Positions 54,862-64,000 of a stretch of 64,000 nucleotides of DNA are shown one piece after another. The translations under genes and the position numbers were made by a program. Source of the stretch: an uncultured Acidobacteriota bacterium (GTDB lineage: Bacteria > Acidobacteriota > Thermoanaerobaculia > UBA5066 > Gp7-AA6); assembly GCA_963764715.1 (NCBI GenBank), contig CAVXTP010000022.1:544001-608000 (forward strand). Reading direction: 5' to 3'. The notes under the pieces are model-generated. The model searched no databases, had not been told where the DNA came from, and saw nothing but the letters and a program-made list of their open reading frames with translations. Every line of letters begins with the position of its first letter. Position 1 is the first letter of the stretch.

Positions 54862-57126
54862 CGCTTCCTCCGAACGCGCGGACGCCGGCCGAAGTCGGCG
54901 GCCGCCGGCTCGGGACGGGCCGCGCGGGCCGGCGCTTCGGAGCGCGGAGGGCGGGCTGTCGACTTCGCCGCCGCCGGCGTTCCCGCCAGCCGGAAGTTCA
55001 GGCGCCGGCGGACCTCGTCGATCTCGACGAGGCGCACCCGGATCGAGTCGCCGAGGCGAAACGTCGCGCCCGAGGACCGGCCCCGCAGGCGGTGCTGCTT
55101 CTCCTCGTACACGAAGAAATCGTTGCCGAGCGCGGTCATCGGGACGAGCCCCTCCACGAAAAAGTCCTTGAGCGTCACGAACACGCCGAACGATGCCACA
55201 CCCGTGACGTAGGCGTCGAACTCCCGCTCGATCTTGTCCTTCATGAAGACGATCTTTTTCCAGAGCAGGCTCTCCCGCTCGGCCTGCTCGGCGCGCCGCT
55301 CGCGCTCCGAGGAGAAGGCCCCGACCTCGCGCATCCGGTCGTTGACCGCGTCGAAGTCCTTCGCCGCCACGGGCCGGCCGGCCTCGAGCAGGCGCGAGAG
55401 CTGCCGGTGGACGATGAGGTCCGGGTACCGCCGGATGGGCGAGGTGAAGTGGCAGTAGTACGGCGCCGCCAGGGCGTAGTGCCCCCGGCACTCCTCGGCG
55501 TAGAGCGCCTTGCGCTGGGCGCGCAGCAGGAGGTCGTGGAGGAGGCGCTCCTCGGGCTTGCCCTCGATCTCCGTCAGCAGCTTCTGGAAGGCCTTCGGCG
55601 GGACCTCCGCGAGGTCGCCCTTGAGCTCGTAGCCGAAGGTCTCGAGGATCTCGCGCAGGTCGACGAGCCGGTCCGGATCCGGCCGGTCGTGGACGCGGTA
55701 GATCGCCGGCTGCCGGGCGAAGAGCAGCTTCTTCGCCACCGCCTCGTTGGCCGCCAGCATGAACTCCTCGATCAGCCGGTGGGCCACGTTGCGCGACTCG
55801 GGGACGATGCCCGACGACGAGGCCCGCGTCGTCGAGCACGATGTCGGCGTCCGGGAGGTCGAAGTCGATCGAACCGCGCGCCTCGCGTCGCCGGCGCAGG
55901 AGCGCCGCGACCTCGCCCATGAGCCGGAAGTCCCCGAGGTACGGTCCGTACTTGCGCTCGTCCTCCGGACCCGGGCCCTTTTCGAGCAGTCGGGCGACTT
56001 CCGTGTAGGTCATCCGGTGGCCGCTGCGGATCACGCCCTTCGTGAAGTCCGAGCCCACGACGCGGCCATGGTCGTCGAGCTCCAGGAGGGCCGACAGGAC
56101 CAGCCGGTCGACGCGTGGGTTCAGCGAGCAGAGCCCGTTCGAGAGCCGCTCGGGCAGCATCGGCAGCACGCGGCCGGGGAAATAGACCGACGTGCCGCGC
56201 GAGCGGGCCTCGTCGTCGAGGACGCTGCCCTCCGCGACATAGTGCGAGACGTCGGCGATGTGCACGCCGATCCGGTAGCCCGTCGGCGTCCGCTCCACCT
56301 CGATGGCGTCGTCGAAGTCCTTGGCCGTCTCCCCGTCGATCGTCACGATTCTCCGGTCGCGGAAGTCGCGCCGGCCGCGGGTGTCCTCCGCGCGAACTTC
56401 CTCCGGGAAGCGCTCCGACTCCGCGACGACGGGCTGGGGAAAACGCGGCGGGAGATTGTGCGAGCGCAGGACGATCTCGATGTCGACCCCTGGCTCTCCC
56501 AGGAAGCCGAGACGGTCTTCGACCTCGCCCCGGGCGACGCGGCGGGCGTCCGGAAACGCGGTCAGCCGCGCCTCGACGATCTCGTTCTCGCGCGCGCCGG
56601 CGGTCTTGCCGTCGACGATCCGGATCACCGCGTCGATCTTGGGGTCGTAGGGGAAGACGACCTTGGCGCCGTCCCGGGTCTCGAACCGCCCCACGACGCG
56701 CTCCCGGGCGCGCTCGAGGATTCGAACGACGGCGCCCGACCGCCGTTCCGGCCCGCCCCGCCGCCGTCCCGCTCCCGCCGCCCGCGAGCGTTCCTCGCGC
56801 GCGAGGACGGTGTCCCCGTCCAGGGCGCCGTGCATCCCCGTGCGCGGGACGTAGAGGTCCTCGCCGTCCTTGACGAGCACGAAGCCGAATCCCTCGGGCC
56901 GGACGGTCAGGCGGCCGGCGACGAGCTCGGAATACTCGATCGCCGAGTACTTCTCGCCGCGAACCCGCACGATCTCGCCGCGCCGCTCGAGGAGGTCGAG
57001 CTTCTCGCGCAGCGAGTCCTCCTCCGGCTCGAGGACTCCGAAGGCCTCGACGAGGTCGCGGAAGGACAGGACACGCGAGCCCTTCTTGCGGAGGCGCTCG
57101 AGGACTTCGGAATCGCGGGGCAGCAC
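54858..57126 (-). CDS. rnr: Ribonuclease R; one apparent +1 frameshift near 55810-55812
   Basis: GFGF, TIDGETAKDFDDA, HIADVSHYV, RGTSVYFP, SIDFD | AHRLIEEFMLAANE, HFTSPIRRYPDL, S1 domain (756 codons after correction). Confidence 0.92.
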
Positions 57127-57150
57127 GCCGGGGAGTCTATCCGGCCCGGA

Positions 57151-57345
57151 TCACCCCTTGGTGGGCTCGATCGGGGTGAAGAGCCCCGGCCAGTCGTCGA
57201 GGTTCTCGGGCTCGGGCGCGCGGATCTTGCGCTCCCAGCCGCAGGAATGGCACCGAATCACCCCGTTCACGGGCACGGAGGCCGGATTGTGCGGTTCCTC
57301 GCAGTAAGGGTTGGGACAGTTCCATGGAAGGACAGGAGTTGGCAT
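57151..57345 (-). CDS. Small Cys-rich protein (CPNPYC...CHSC), putative zinc finger
   Basis: 64-aa ORF filling the ppa-rnr gap in the same orientation; TAAAAT -10-like element upstream. Confidence 0.55.
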   Translation of the reverse strand: MPTPVLPWNCPNPYCEEPHNPASVPVNGVIRCHSCGWERKIRAPEPENLDDWPGLFTPIEPTKG

Positions 57346-57426
57346 CGAGTGCGAGGGCCCCCGACCAAATTTTACGCCTTCGGAACGCCCTGGGGGGGAC
57401 CGATCCGGGAACGGCTCGGACGCCCC

Positions 57427-57978
57427 TCAGGGAAGCCGGCCGGACCGAAGAGCCTCCCGGTGCTTCGCGTAGAGATCGAGCGCGTCCCGGACGACCTCGA
57501 CCGCCTGCGGCCGGTCGAGGAACTCGTCGACGGTCACGGTTTTCTGCTCGAGCGCCTTGTAGTCCTCGAAGAAGCGGCGCAGCTCGGCGATCCGATGGGG
57601 CGGCAGCTCCCGGATCGAGGTGTAGTGCACGTATTCCGGGTCGTCGGCGTGGACCGCGATGATCTTGTCGTCCTCCTCGCCCTGGTCGCTCATCTTCATG
57701 ACACCGATCGGCCGCGCGCGCAGGATCGACAGCGGGACGACCTCTTCCTGGCCGAGGACCAGGATGTCGAGCGGATCGTGGTCCTCGCAGTACGACTGCG
57801 GGATGAAGCCGTAGTTGGCCGGGTAGTGCACGGCCGAAAAGAGAATGCGGTCGACGCGGATCAACCCGCTCGCCTTGTCGAGCTCGTACTTGACCTTCGA
57901 GCCGCGCGGAATCTCGATGATCGCGTGGAGAAGGGCCGGCGCTTCGGCCCCGACGGCGACATCGTGCCACGGGTGCAT
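57427..57978 (-). CDS. ppa: Inorganic pyrophosphatase (family I)
   Basis: [48 protein letters not shown]. Confidence 0.96.
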   Translation of the reverse strand: MHPWHDVAVGAEAPALLHAIIEIPRGSKVKYELDKASGLIRVDRILFSAVHYPANYGFIPQSYCEDHDPLDILVLGQEEVVPLSILRARPIGVMKMSDQGEEDDKIIAVHADDPEYVHYTSIRELPPHRIAELRRFFEDYKALEQKTVTVDEFLDRPQAVEVVRDALDLYAKHREALRSGRLP

Positions 57979-58014
57979 CGCCCGCGATCATAGCCGCGTT
58001 ACACTGTCTTCCGG

Positions 58015-59352
58015 ATGACGTCGCGCGCAGCGATCCTGGCCCTGGCAGCGCTCGGAACCGCCGCCCTTCTTCCGGCCGAGACGGTCACGCTCCCGGCGGC
58101 GGCCTCGATCGTCGGCGGCGCGCCCTTCTACTCGGACGTCCGGGCGTTCAACACCTCGTATTCCGACCCGCTCGATGTCACCGCGACGTACCGGTGCTTC
58201 ATCGGCGATCCCTGCCCCGCCGCATCGCCGACGCTCTCGTTCCGGCTCGCGCCGCGCCAGTCGATCGGCTTCGACGACGTCGTCGCCGCGGCGTTCAACG
58301 CCCCCGACACGGCCGGCGGCATCGAGTTCGCCTTCGCCGGCGACGCGACCGCGCTCGTCGTCACGAGCCGCCTCTACTCGACGGCGCCCGTGCCGACCGT
58401 CGGGATGTACGTCCCCGGCCTCACCGCTTCCTCGGCCCGCGAGCGCACGGTCCTCACCTCGATCCGCAATGGAGGCTCCGGCCAGGGCTTCCGCACCAAC
58501 GTCGGACTGTTCAACCCGGGCGACGGGCCCGTCACGGCGACCTTCGAGATCCTGGACTCGGACGGGTCACCCCACGGGAATCCCGTCATCCGCTCGGTCG
58601 ATGGCCGCTCCGGGGTCCAAGTGTCCGGCATTTTCACCGTCGCGGGGGCTGCCGACTTCGAGACCGAGGATGCGGTGATCACGGTCGTCGCGACCGGGCC
58701 GGTCTTCTCCTACGCCGCGGTCATCGACAACGCGACGACCGACCCCATCTTCGTCGTGGGCGCCCCGGACGCGATCCCCGGAACGCCGACCATCACGAAC
58801 ACGCCGACGATCACCTTCACGCCGTCCGTGACCTTCACGCCCTCCCTGACCTTCACGCCGAGCCAGACCTTCACCCCGTCCCTCACGCCCACCATCACCC
58901 CGACGTTCACGATCACCCCGACCTTCACGATCTCGCAGACCCCGACGATCACGCTCAGTCCCACGATCACCCACACGCCCATCATCACGAACCTCGCCAC
59001 CCGGACCCCGACGGTCAATCCGAATCGGATCGTGCTCGTGGGGAGCAACGGGACGGCGTCCTTCTTCGACACGGTCGACCACGGGCCGAACACGACGATC
59101 CTGGTCGGTACGACGGTCCAGTGGGATTGGGCGCAGGGGGCGGGATTCCACTCGACGACCAGCGGGACCTGCACCAACACCCTTTGCTCGCCGGACGGCA
59201 ACTGGAGCTCGCTGGTCCAGAACTACCCCTACAGCTTCACCCACGCGTTCAACACGCCGGGGACGTTTCAGTACTACTGTCAGATCCATGGCGTGATGAT
59301 GCAGGGAGCCGTCAACGTCATTCAGCCCCCTCCCGGCCGGCCTCGGCGCTAG
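58015..59352 (+). CDS. Secreted protein: N-terminal beta domain, Thr/Pro-rich stalk, C-terminal plastocyanin-like cupredoxin
   Basis: Signal peptide; FRTNVGLFN, YAAVIDN..DP; HSTTSG...YYCQIHGVMMQG type-1 Cu ligand pattern. Confidence 0.8.
   Translation: MTSRAAILALAALGTAALLPAETVTLPAAASIVGGAPFYSDVRAFNTSYSDPLDVTATYRCFIGDPCPAASPTLSFRLAPRQSIGFDDVVAAAFNAPDTAGGIEFAFAGDATALVVTSRLYSTAPVPTVGMYVPGLTASSARERTVLTSIRNGGSGQGFRTNVGLFNPGDGPVTATFEILDSDGSPHGNPVIRSVDGRSGVQVSGIFTVAGAADFETEDAVITVVATGPVFSYAAVIDNATTDPIFVVGAPDAIPGTPTITNTPTITFTPSVTFTPSLTFTPSQTFTPSLTPTITPTFTITPTFTISQTPTITLSPTITHTPIITNLATRTPTVNPNRIVLVGSNGTASFFDTVDHGPNTTILVGTTVQWDWAQGAGFHSTTSGTCTNTLCSPDGNWSSLVQNYPYSFTHAFNTPGTFQYYCQIHGVMMQGAVNVIQPPPGRPRR
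58783..59013 (+). repeat. Coding ~18-bp tandem repeat (TxTP[ST]x hexapeptides)
   Basis: TITNTP TITFTP SVTFTP SLTFTP SQTFTP ... TITPTF TITPTF ... TITHTP. Confidence 0.8.
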
Positions 59353-59360
59353 CTGGCCCG

Positions 59361-59664
<304 letters not shown>

Positions 59665-59745
59665 GGGGAACGGGAGGATAGCGGGAGGCGGCACGGGGGT
59701 CAACCGCAGGGGGTTGGCAGGGTTCTGGCATCCCGGAGAGACGAA

Positions 59746-60150
59746 ATGCTCGGTCAGTGGAAAAAGCGGCTGCGGAATTTTCAGAAGGCCCCGGCCGGCG
59801 AGCGGTTCGTCCGGCGCTACCGGGCGCAGAAGGACTCGGGGCGTCCCTGGGCTCGAATCGCCTTCGTGGTCGTGGGGATTCTCCTCATCGTGGGCGGAGC
59901 CATCCTGCTGGTGATCCCGGGGCCGGGCCTCCTCGTCATCGCGTTCGGCGGGGCCCTGGTGGCGCAGGAGTTTCTCGTGGTCGCGAAGGCTCTCGACTGG
60001 CTCGAAGTCGAGCTGCGCAGGCTCTACCGCGCCGCGAAACGGCTCTGGAAGCACGCCTCGAGCCTCGCGCGGGCCGCCATCACCGCCGGAGCGGCCCTGT
60101 GCGCCGCCGGCGCCGGTTACCTGGCCTGGCTCTGGTTCTTCGAAAGGTAG
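59746..60150 (+). CDS. PGPGW-domain-like membrane protein
   Basis: LLVIPGPGLLVI..LVAQEF motif; GGAGA RBS. Confidence 0.78.
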   Translation: MLGQWKKRLRNFQKAPAGERFVRRYRAQKDSGRPWARIAFVVVGILLIVGGAILLVIPGPGLLVIAFGGALVAQEFLVVAKALDWLEVELRRLYRAAKRLWKHASSLARAAITAGAALCAAGAGYLAWLWFFER

Positions 60151-60152
60151 CG

Positions 60153-60863
60153 CTAGCCCGGGCGCCGAATCTCCCGCACGCCCGCGCCCCCCGCGACCAG
60201 GATTTCCGAGGCGATCCCGCAGAAGAGACCATGCTCGACGATGCCGGCCCGCGCGGCCAGGCGCGCCGCCAGCGCGACCGGATCGGGCGTCGGCCCCGTC
60301 GCGCAATCGAAGATCCAGTTGCCCTGGTCCGTCTCGTACGGCGTTCCGTCCGCGGTTTGCCGAAGGACCGGCTTGCCGCCGATCGACGCGAGGAAGCGCT
60401 GCTGCGACTGCCAGCCGAATCGGGACACCTCGACGGGAATCGGATGCCGCGTGCCGAGCGCCGGCGAGAGCTTCGTCTCGTCGACCACGATCACGACGCG
60501 GCGGCTCGCCTGCGCCACGATCTTTTCCCGGAAGAGCGCTCCCCCGCCGCCCTTGATCAGGTTCAGGGCCGGGTCGACTTCGTCCGCCCCGTCGATGGTC
60601 AGGTCGATCTCGCGCGGAATGTCCTCTCCGAGGAGCGGGATCCCGAGCCGACTCGCCTCCGTCTCCGTCGCGCGGGAGGTGGGGACGCCTACGACGCTCT
60701 GGAGGCGCCCCGACGACAGCAGCTCCCCGATCTTGCGCGTCGCGAAGATCGCGGTCGACCCCGTGCCGAGACCGACGACCATCCCGTCCTGCACGAGCGC
60801 GGCGGCCTTCTCGCCGGCTTCCCGCTTGAACGCGGCGATGCGATCGTCGGCTGGCGTCGTCAC
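60153..60863 (-). CDS. rpiA: Ribose-5-phosphate isomerase A
   Basis: [41 protein letters not shown]. Confidence 0.95.
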   Translation of the reverse strand: MTTPADDRIAAFKREAGEKAAALVQDGMVVGLGTGSTAIFATRKIGELLSSGRLQSVVGVPTSRATETEASRLGIPLLGEDIPREIDLTIDGADEVDPALNLIKGGGGALFREKIVAQASRRVVIVVDETKLSPALGTRHPIPVEVSRFGWQSQQRFLASIGGKPVLRQTADGTPYETDQGNWIFDCATGPTPDPVALAARLAARAGIVEHGLFCGIASEILVAGGAGVREIRRPG

Positions 60864-62488
60864 TTGGAGCCGGTCCGCGCCTTTCGGTAGCGGCGAATCA
60901 GGGCGTTCGTCGAGCCGTCGTGCTTCAACGGCGGCTCGGCGGCGCTCTGGAGCTCCGGAATGATGTTGACGGCGAGCTTCTTTCCGAGCTCGACGCCCCA
61001 CTGGTCGAAGGAGTCGATGCCCCAGATGACGCCCTGCGTGAAGACGCTGTGCTCGTACAGCGCCACGAGCTCGCCGAGCGTCTCGGGCGTCAGCGCGTCG
61101 GCGAGGATCGTCGACGTGGGGCGGTTGCCCTCGCAGACGCGGTGCGGCACGAGCCAGTCGGGCGTGCCGTCGGCCTTGACCTGCTCGGCCGTCTTGCCGA
61201 AGGCGAGGGCCTCGGTCTGGGCGAAGAGGTTCGCCATCAGCAGGTCGTGGTGCGGCCCGACCGGGTTCGCGGTGTGAAGGAAGCCCAGAAAGTCCGACGG
61301 GATGAGCTTCGTTCCCTGATGAATGAGCTGGTAGAAGGAGTGCTGGCCGTTCGTTCCCGGCTCGCCCCAGAAGATCGGGCCCGTCTCCCAGCCGACGGTC
61401 TCGGAGTCGAGCGTCACGTGTTTCCCGTTCGACTCCATCGTGAGCTGCTGCAGGTAGGCCGGGAAACGCTTCAAGTACTGGCTGTAGGGAAAGACGCCGA
61501 CCGTCTGCGCGCCGAAGAAGTTGTCGTACCAGACGGCGAGGAGCCCCATCAGCACCGGCAGGTTCCTCTCGAAGGGCGCCGTCCGGAAATGCTCGTCGAT
61601 CGCGTGGAACCCGGCGAGCATGGAGCGGAAGTTCGCCGGACCGATCGCCAGCATGGTCGAAAGGCCGATCGCGGAGTCCATGGAGTAACGCCCGCCGACC
61701 CAGTCCCAGAAGCCGAACATGTTGGCCGTGTCGATGCCGAACTTGCGGACCTCCTCGGCGTTGGTCGAGACCGCCACGAAGTGCTTCGCGACCGCCTTCT
61801 CGTCCTTCAACGACGCCAGGCACCAGTCGCGCGCGGTCTTCGCGTTGGTCATGGTCTCGAGCGTCACGAACGTCTTCGAGGAGATGACGAACAGGGTCTC
61901 GGCCGGGTCCATCCCCCACGTCGACTCGACGAAGTCGGTGCCGTCCACGTTCGAGACGAACTCGAAGCGCATGTTCCGGTCGCTGAAGTGGCGGAGCGCC
62001 TCGTGGGCCATGACCGGCCCGAGGTCCGAGCCCCCGATGCCGACGTTGACCACGTTCCGGATGCGCTTGCCGGTGTGACCGGTCCAGGCGCCGCCCCGGA
62101 CGCGATCGCAGAAGGCCGACATCCGGTCGAGCACCTCGTGGACCGCGGGCACGACGTTCTCCCCGTCGACGACGATCGAGGCCCCCTTCGGCGCGCGCAG
62201 CGCCACGTGGAGCACCGCGCGCTTTTCCGTGACGTTGATCTTGTCGCCGCGGAACATCGCGTCGATCCGCTCGCGCAGGCCGCACTCGCGCGCGAGCGCG
62301 AGAAGGAGCCGCAGCGTCTCGTCCGTGACGCGGTGCTTCGAATAGTCGAGAAACAGGCCCGCGCCCTCCACCGAGAGGCGCTCGGCGCGGCCGGGCTCGG
62401 CGGCGAAGAGATCGCGCAGGTGAAGGTCCCGGACGGCCGGGGCGTGGGCCTGGAGCGCCTTCCAGGCGGGCCGATCCGTCAGGCGCAA
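60860..62488 (-). CDS. pgi: Glucose-6-phosphate isomerase
   Basis: [60 protein letters not shown]. Confidence 0.97.
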   Translation of the reverse strand: MRLTDRPAWKALQAHAPAVRDLHLRDLFAAEPGRAERLSVEGAGLFLDYSKHRVTDETLRLLLALARECGLRERIDAMFRGDKINVTEKRAVLHVALRAPKGASIVVDGENVVPAVHEVLDRMSAFCDRVRGGAWTGHTGKRIRNVVNVGIGGSDLGPVMAHEALRHFSDRNMRFEFVSNVDGTDFVESTWGMDPAETLFVISSKTFVTLETMTNAKTARDWCLASLKDEKAVAKHFVAVSTNAEEVRKFGIDTANMFGFWDWVGGRYSMDSAIGLSTMLAIGPANFRSMLAGFHAIDEHFRTAPFERNLPVLMGLLAVWYDNFFGAQTVGVFPYSQYLKRFPAYLQQLTMESNGKHVTLDSETVGWETGPIFWGEPGTNGQHSFYQLIHQGTKLIPSDFLGFLHTANPVGPHHDLLMANLFAQTEALAFGKTAEQVKADGTPDWLVPHRVCEGNRPTSTILADALTPETLGELVALYEHSVFTQGVIWGIDSFDQWGVELGKKLAVNIIPELQSAAEPPLKHDGSTNALIRRYRKARTGSK

Positions 62489-62516
62489 GGGGACCTCCTT
62501 CTCGGGGCCCGGCCGC

Positions 62517-62795
62517 TCAGGCCGGGGGCAGTCCGAGCTCGACGTCGGATTTCGGCAGGACGATCGCCGTCTCGCGGAAGCCGCGATCGACGCACACGAA
62601 GCAGGCCTTGAACACGTTGTCGCTGCCCATCTTCAGCTCGCGGTCCGTGACGAAGACGTCGCGGGGCGGATACCGCTCGTCGACGCGCTGGAGTGTCAGC
62701 AGGACTCCGCCGGGCACCCGCGCCCGGCCGGCGATCGTGAACCGGTGGGGCGGCTCGTGCGTGCACTCGCAGGCCGCGGCGACCTCAGCGCTCAC
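62517..62795 (-). CDS. Hypothetical 92-aa protein (CECTH...CFVC)
   Basis: GTG start overlapping the STAS gene end; co-oriented with pgi. Confidence 0.55.
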   Translation of the reverse strand: MSAEVAAACECTHEPPHRFTIAGRARVPGGVLLTLQRVDERYPPRDVFVTDRELKMGSDNVFKACFVCVDRGFRETAIVLPKSDVELGLPPA

Positions 62796-63153
62796 GCGTC
62801 GACTCCTCGCCGGGGAGGTCCGCGGCCTTGACCGCCGCCTCGATCGTCGGGAAGGTCCGGAAGATCGAGTCGAGGTGCGTGATCCGGAAGACCGACGCCA
62901 CGCGTTCCCGCGGGCTCACGAGATAGAAGCGGCGCCCCTGGGCCTCGAAGCGCTTGAGCCCGCCGACCAGGACTCCGATCGCCGTCGAGTCGAGGTGCTC
63001 GAGGCCGGACATCTCGAGAATGAGCGCGCTCCCGCCGGCCTCCGAGATCTTCTCGAACCGTTCCTGAAGCGCCCGCGTGGCCTCGCCGAGCGCGAGGGTG
63101 CCGGAGATCCGCAGGATGGTGTGGGCGCCCTTCTGTTCTTCCTTGACGTTCAT
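62785..63153 (-). CDS. STAS-domain anti-sigma-factor antagonist
   Basis: ILRISG.L..ILEMSGLEHLDSTAIGVLV..VFRITHLDSIF. Confidence 0.88.
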   Translation of the reverse strand: MNVKEEQKGAHTILRISGTLALGEATRALQERFEKISEAGGSALILEMSGLEHLDSTAIGVLVGGLKRFEAQGRRFYLVSPRERVASVFRITHLDSIFRTFPTIEAAVKAADLPGEESTRER

Positions 63154-63569
63154 GGCTCCGCCACCTCCGCCTCGCCCTTGCGGACGAGAACGCTCCCCCG
63201 GGCGAGGACCCCGTCCTCTCCGTGCACCTCGCCGTCGAACCGGACGATCGATCCGAAACGCGCGTGGAGGCGAACGGCGACGTCGAGGGTCTCGCCGGCG
63301 CGCGGCGCGCGCTCGAGCGACATCTCCTGGATCCCGGCGAGGTAGCCGCGCCGTCCCGCCTCGGCGTCGCCGCCTTCGAGCAGGAGCGCGGCCTGGGCGA
63401 TGGCCTCGGCGAGCAGCAACGGACTCTGCCAGCTCTCCCCCATCGCCGCCCGCGCGTTGGCGGTCACGCGGATCCGGACCCGGCCGCCCCGGAACGCGGC
63501 ATCCGGCCGCTGCGCCACCGTGTCCACGAAACGGAACGGGTAGGCATGCGGGAATGCCGCCGTCGTCAT
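63150..63569 (-). CDS. FabZ/FabA-like hotdog-fold dehydratase
   Basis: FPHAYPFRFVD...LLAEAIAQ...GYLAGI. Confidence 0.78.
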   Translation of the reverse strand: MTTAAFPHAYPFRFVDTVAQRPDAAFRGGRVRIRVTANARAAMGESWQSPLLLAEAIAQAALLLEGGDAEAGRRGYLAGIQEMSLERAPRAGETLDVAVRLHARFGSIVRFDGEVHGEDGVLARGSVLVRKGEAEVAEP

Positions 63570-63830
63570 TCAGGCCGTCTTCTTCTGCTCGATGAAGTCG
63601 CAAAGGGCGTTGACGGAGGCGAAGGCCTTGACCCCCACCTCTTCGTCCTCGACCTTGATCTTGAATTCCTGCTCGAGCCCGAGAACGAGCTCGAGCGCGT
63701 CGATCGAATCGAGGCCGAGGCCCTCGCCGAAAAGCGGAGCCGCATCGTCGATCGACGTCGGATCGATCTCGAGCTTCAAACGCCGCACGATCAGGTCTTT
63801 GACCCGCGGCGCCAGTTCTTCCCGGGACAT
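63570..63830 (-). CDS. Acyl carrier protein
   Basis: PLFGEGLGLDSIDALELV phosphopantetheine-attachment motif. Confidence 0.9.
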   Translation of the reverse strand: MSREELAPRVKDLIVRRLKLEIDPTSIDDAAPLFGEGLGLDSIDALELVLGLEQEFKIKVEDEEVGVKAFASVNALCDFIEQKKTA

Positions 63831-63868
63831 GGGGGCTCCTTCCGGGCGGGATTATAGTCGGCCAGGGC

Positions 63869-64000
<132 letters not shown>

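Noticed and set aside
52921-57126. 1401-aa apparent RNase R-Der fusion
   Set aside because: Artefact of the frameshifts in rnr and the intervening lipoprotein; der has its own GTG at 54336.
58783-59013. Tandem repeats as a CRISPR array
   Set aside because: Degenerate in-frame coding repeat with no unique spacers; no cas genes or CRISPR array seen anywhere in the window.

Overview
Very GC-rich bacterial chromosomal window. The SLH-tailed secreted protein, Oar-type TonB receptor and Thr-rich cupredoxin protein suggest Acidobacteriota, probably Thermoanaerobaculia (inference). Left to right: (1) 3' part of a clade II nitrous oxide reductase operon (nosZ end, nosB, nosD, nosF, nosL, an embedded hemerythrin gene, nosY); (2) a convergent DUF2249-hemerythrin / rhodanese / MauE-DoxX unit and a divergent 574-aa polytopic membrane protein; (3) a Thauera-type class I benzoyl-CoA reductase operon (oah-SDR-had-dch-bcrCBAD-GNAT); (4) surE/pspC/queD and tRNA-Pro(GGG), then accessory genes including an M13 peptidase with an altered HDxxH active site; (5) kinase, SLH-metalloprotease, mscL, ybaY; (6) an ~18 kb polyamine uptake/catabolism locus (TonB receptor, potABCD, two patA paralogs, patD, gabT, SSADH, FAD oxidase, saccharopine-dehydrogenase-like enzyme) with REP-like palindromes; (7) merR-der-rnr-ppa, tRNA-Leu(CAG) with a tRNA-derived direct/inverted repeat trailer, rpiA-pgi, and the end of a fabG-ACP-fabZ-like cluster. 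Five genes carry net +1 frameshifts; four sit at a GCCCG context and are most likely sequencing errors. Most notable: the N2O-respiration and anaerobic ring-reduction genes are physically linked, and two upstream regions in this block share two candidate operator motifs. All family assignments come from motifs and recalled family knowledge; no database search was run.
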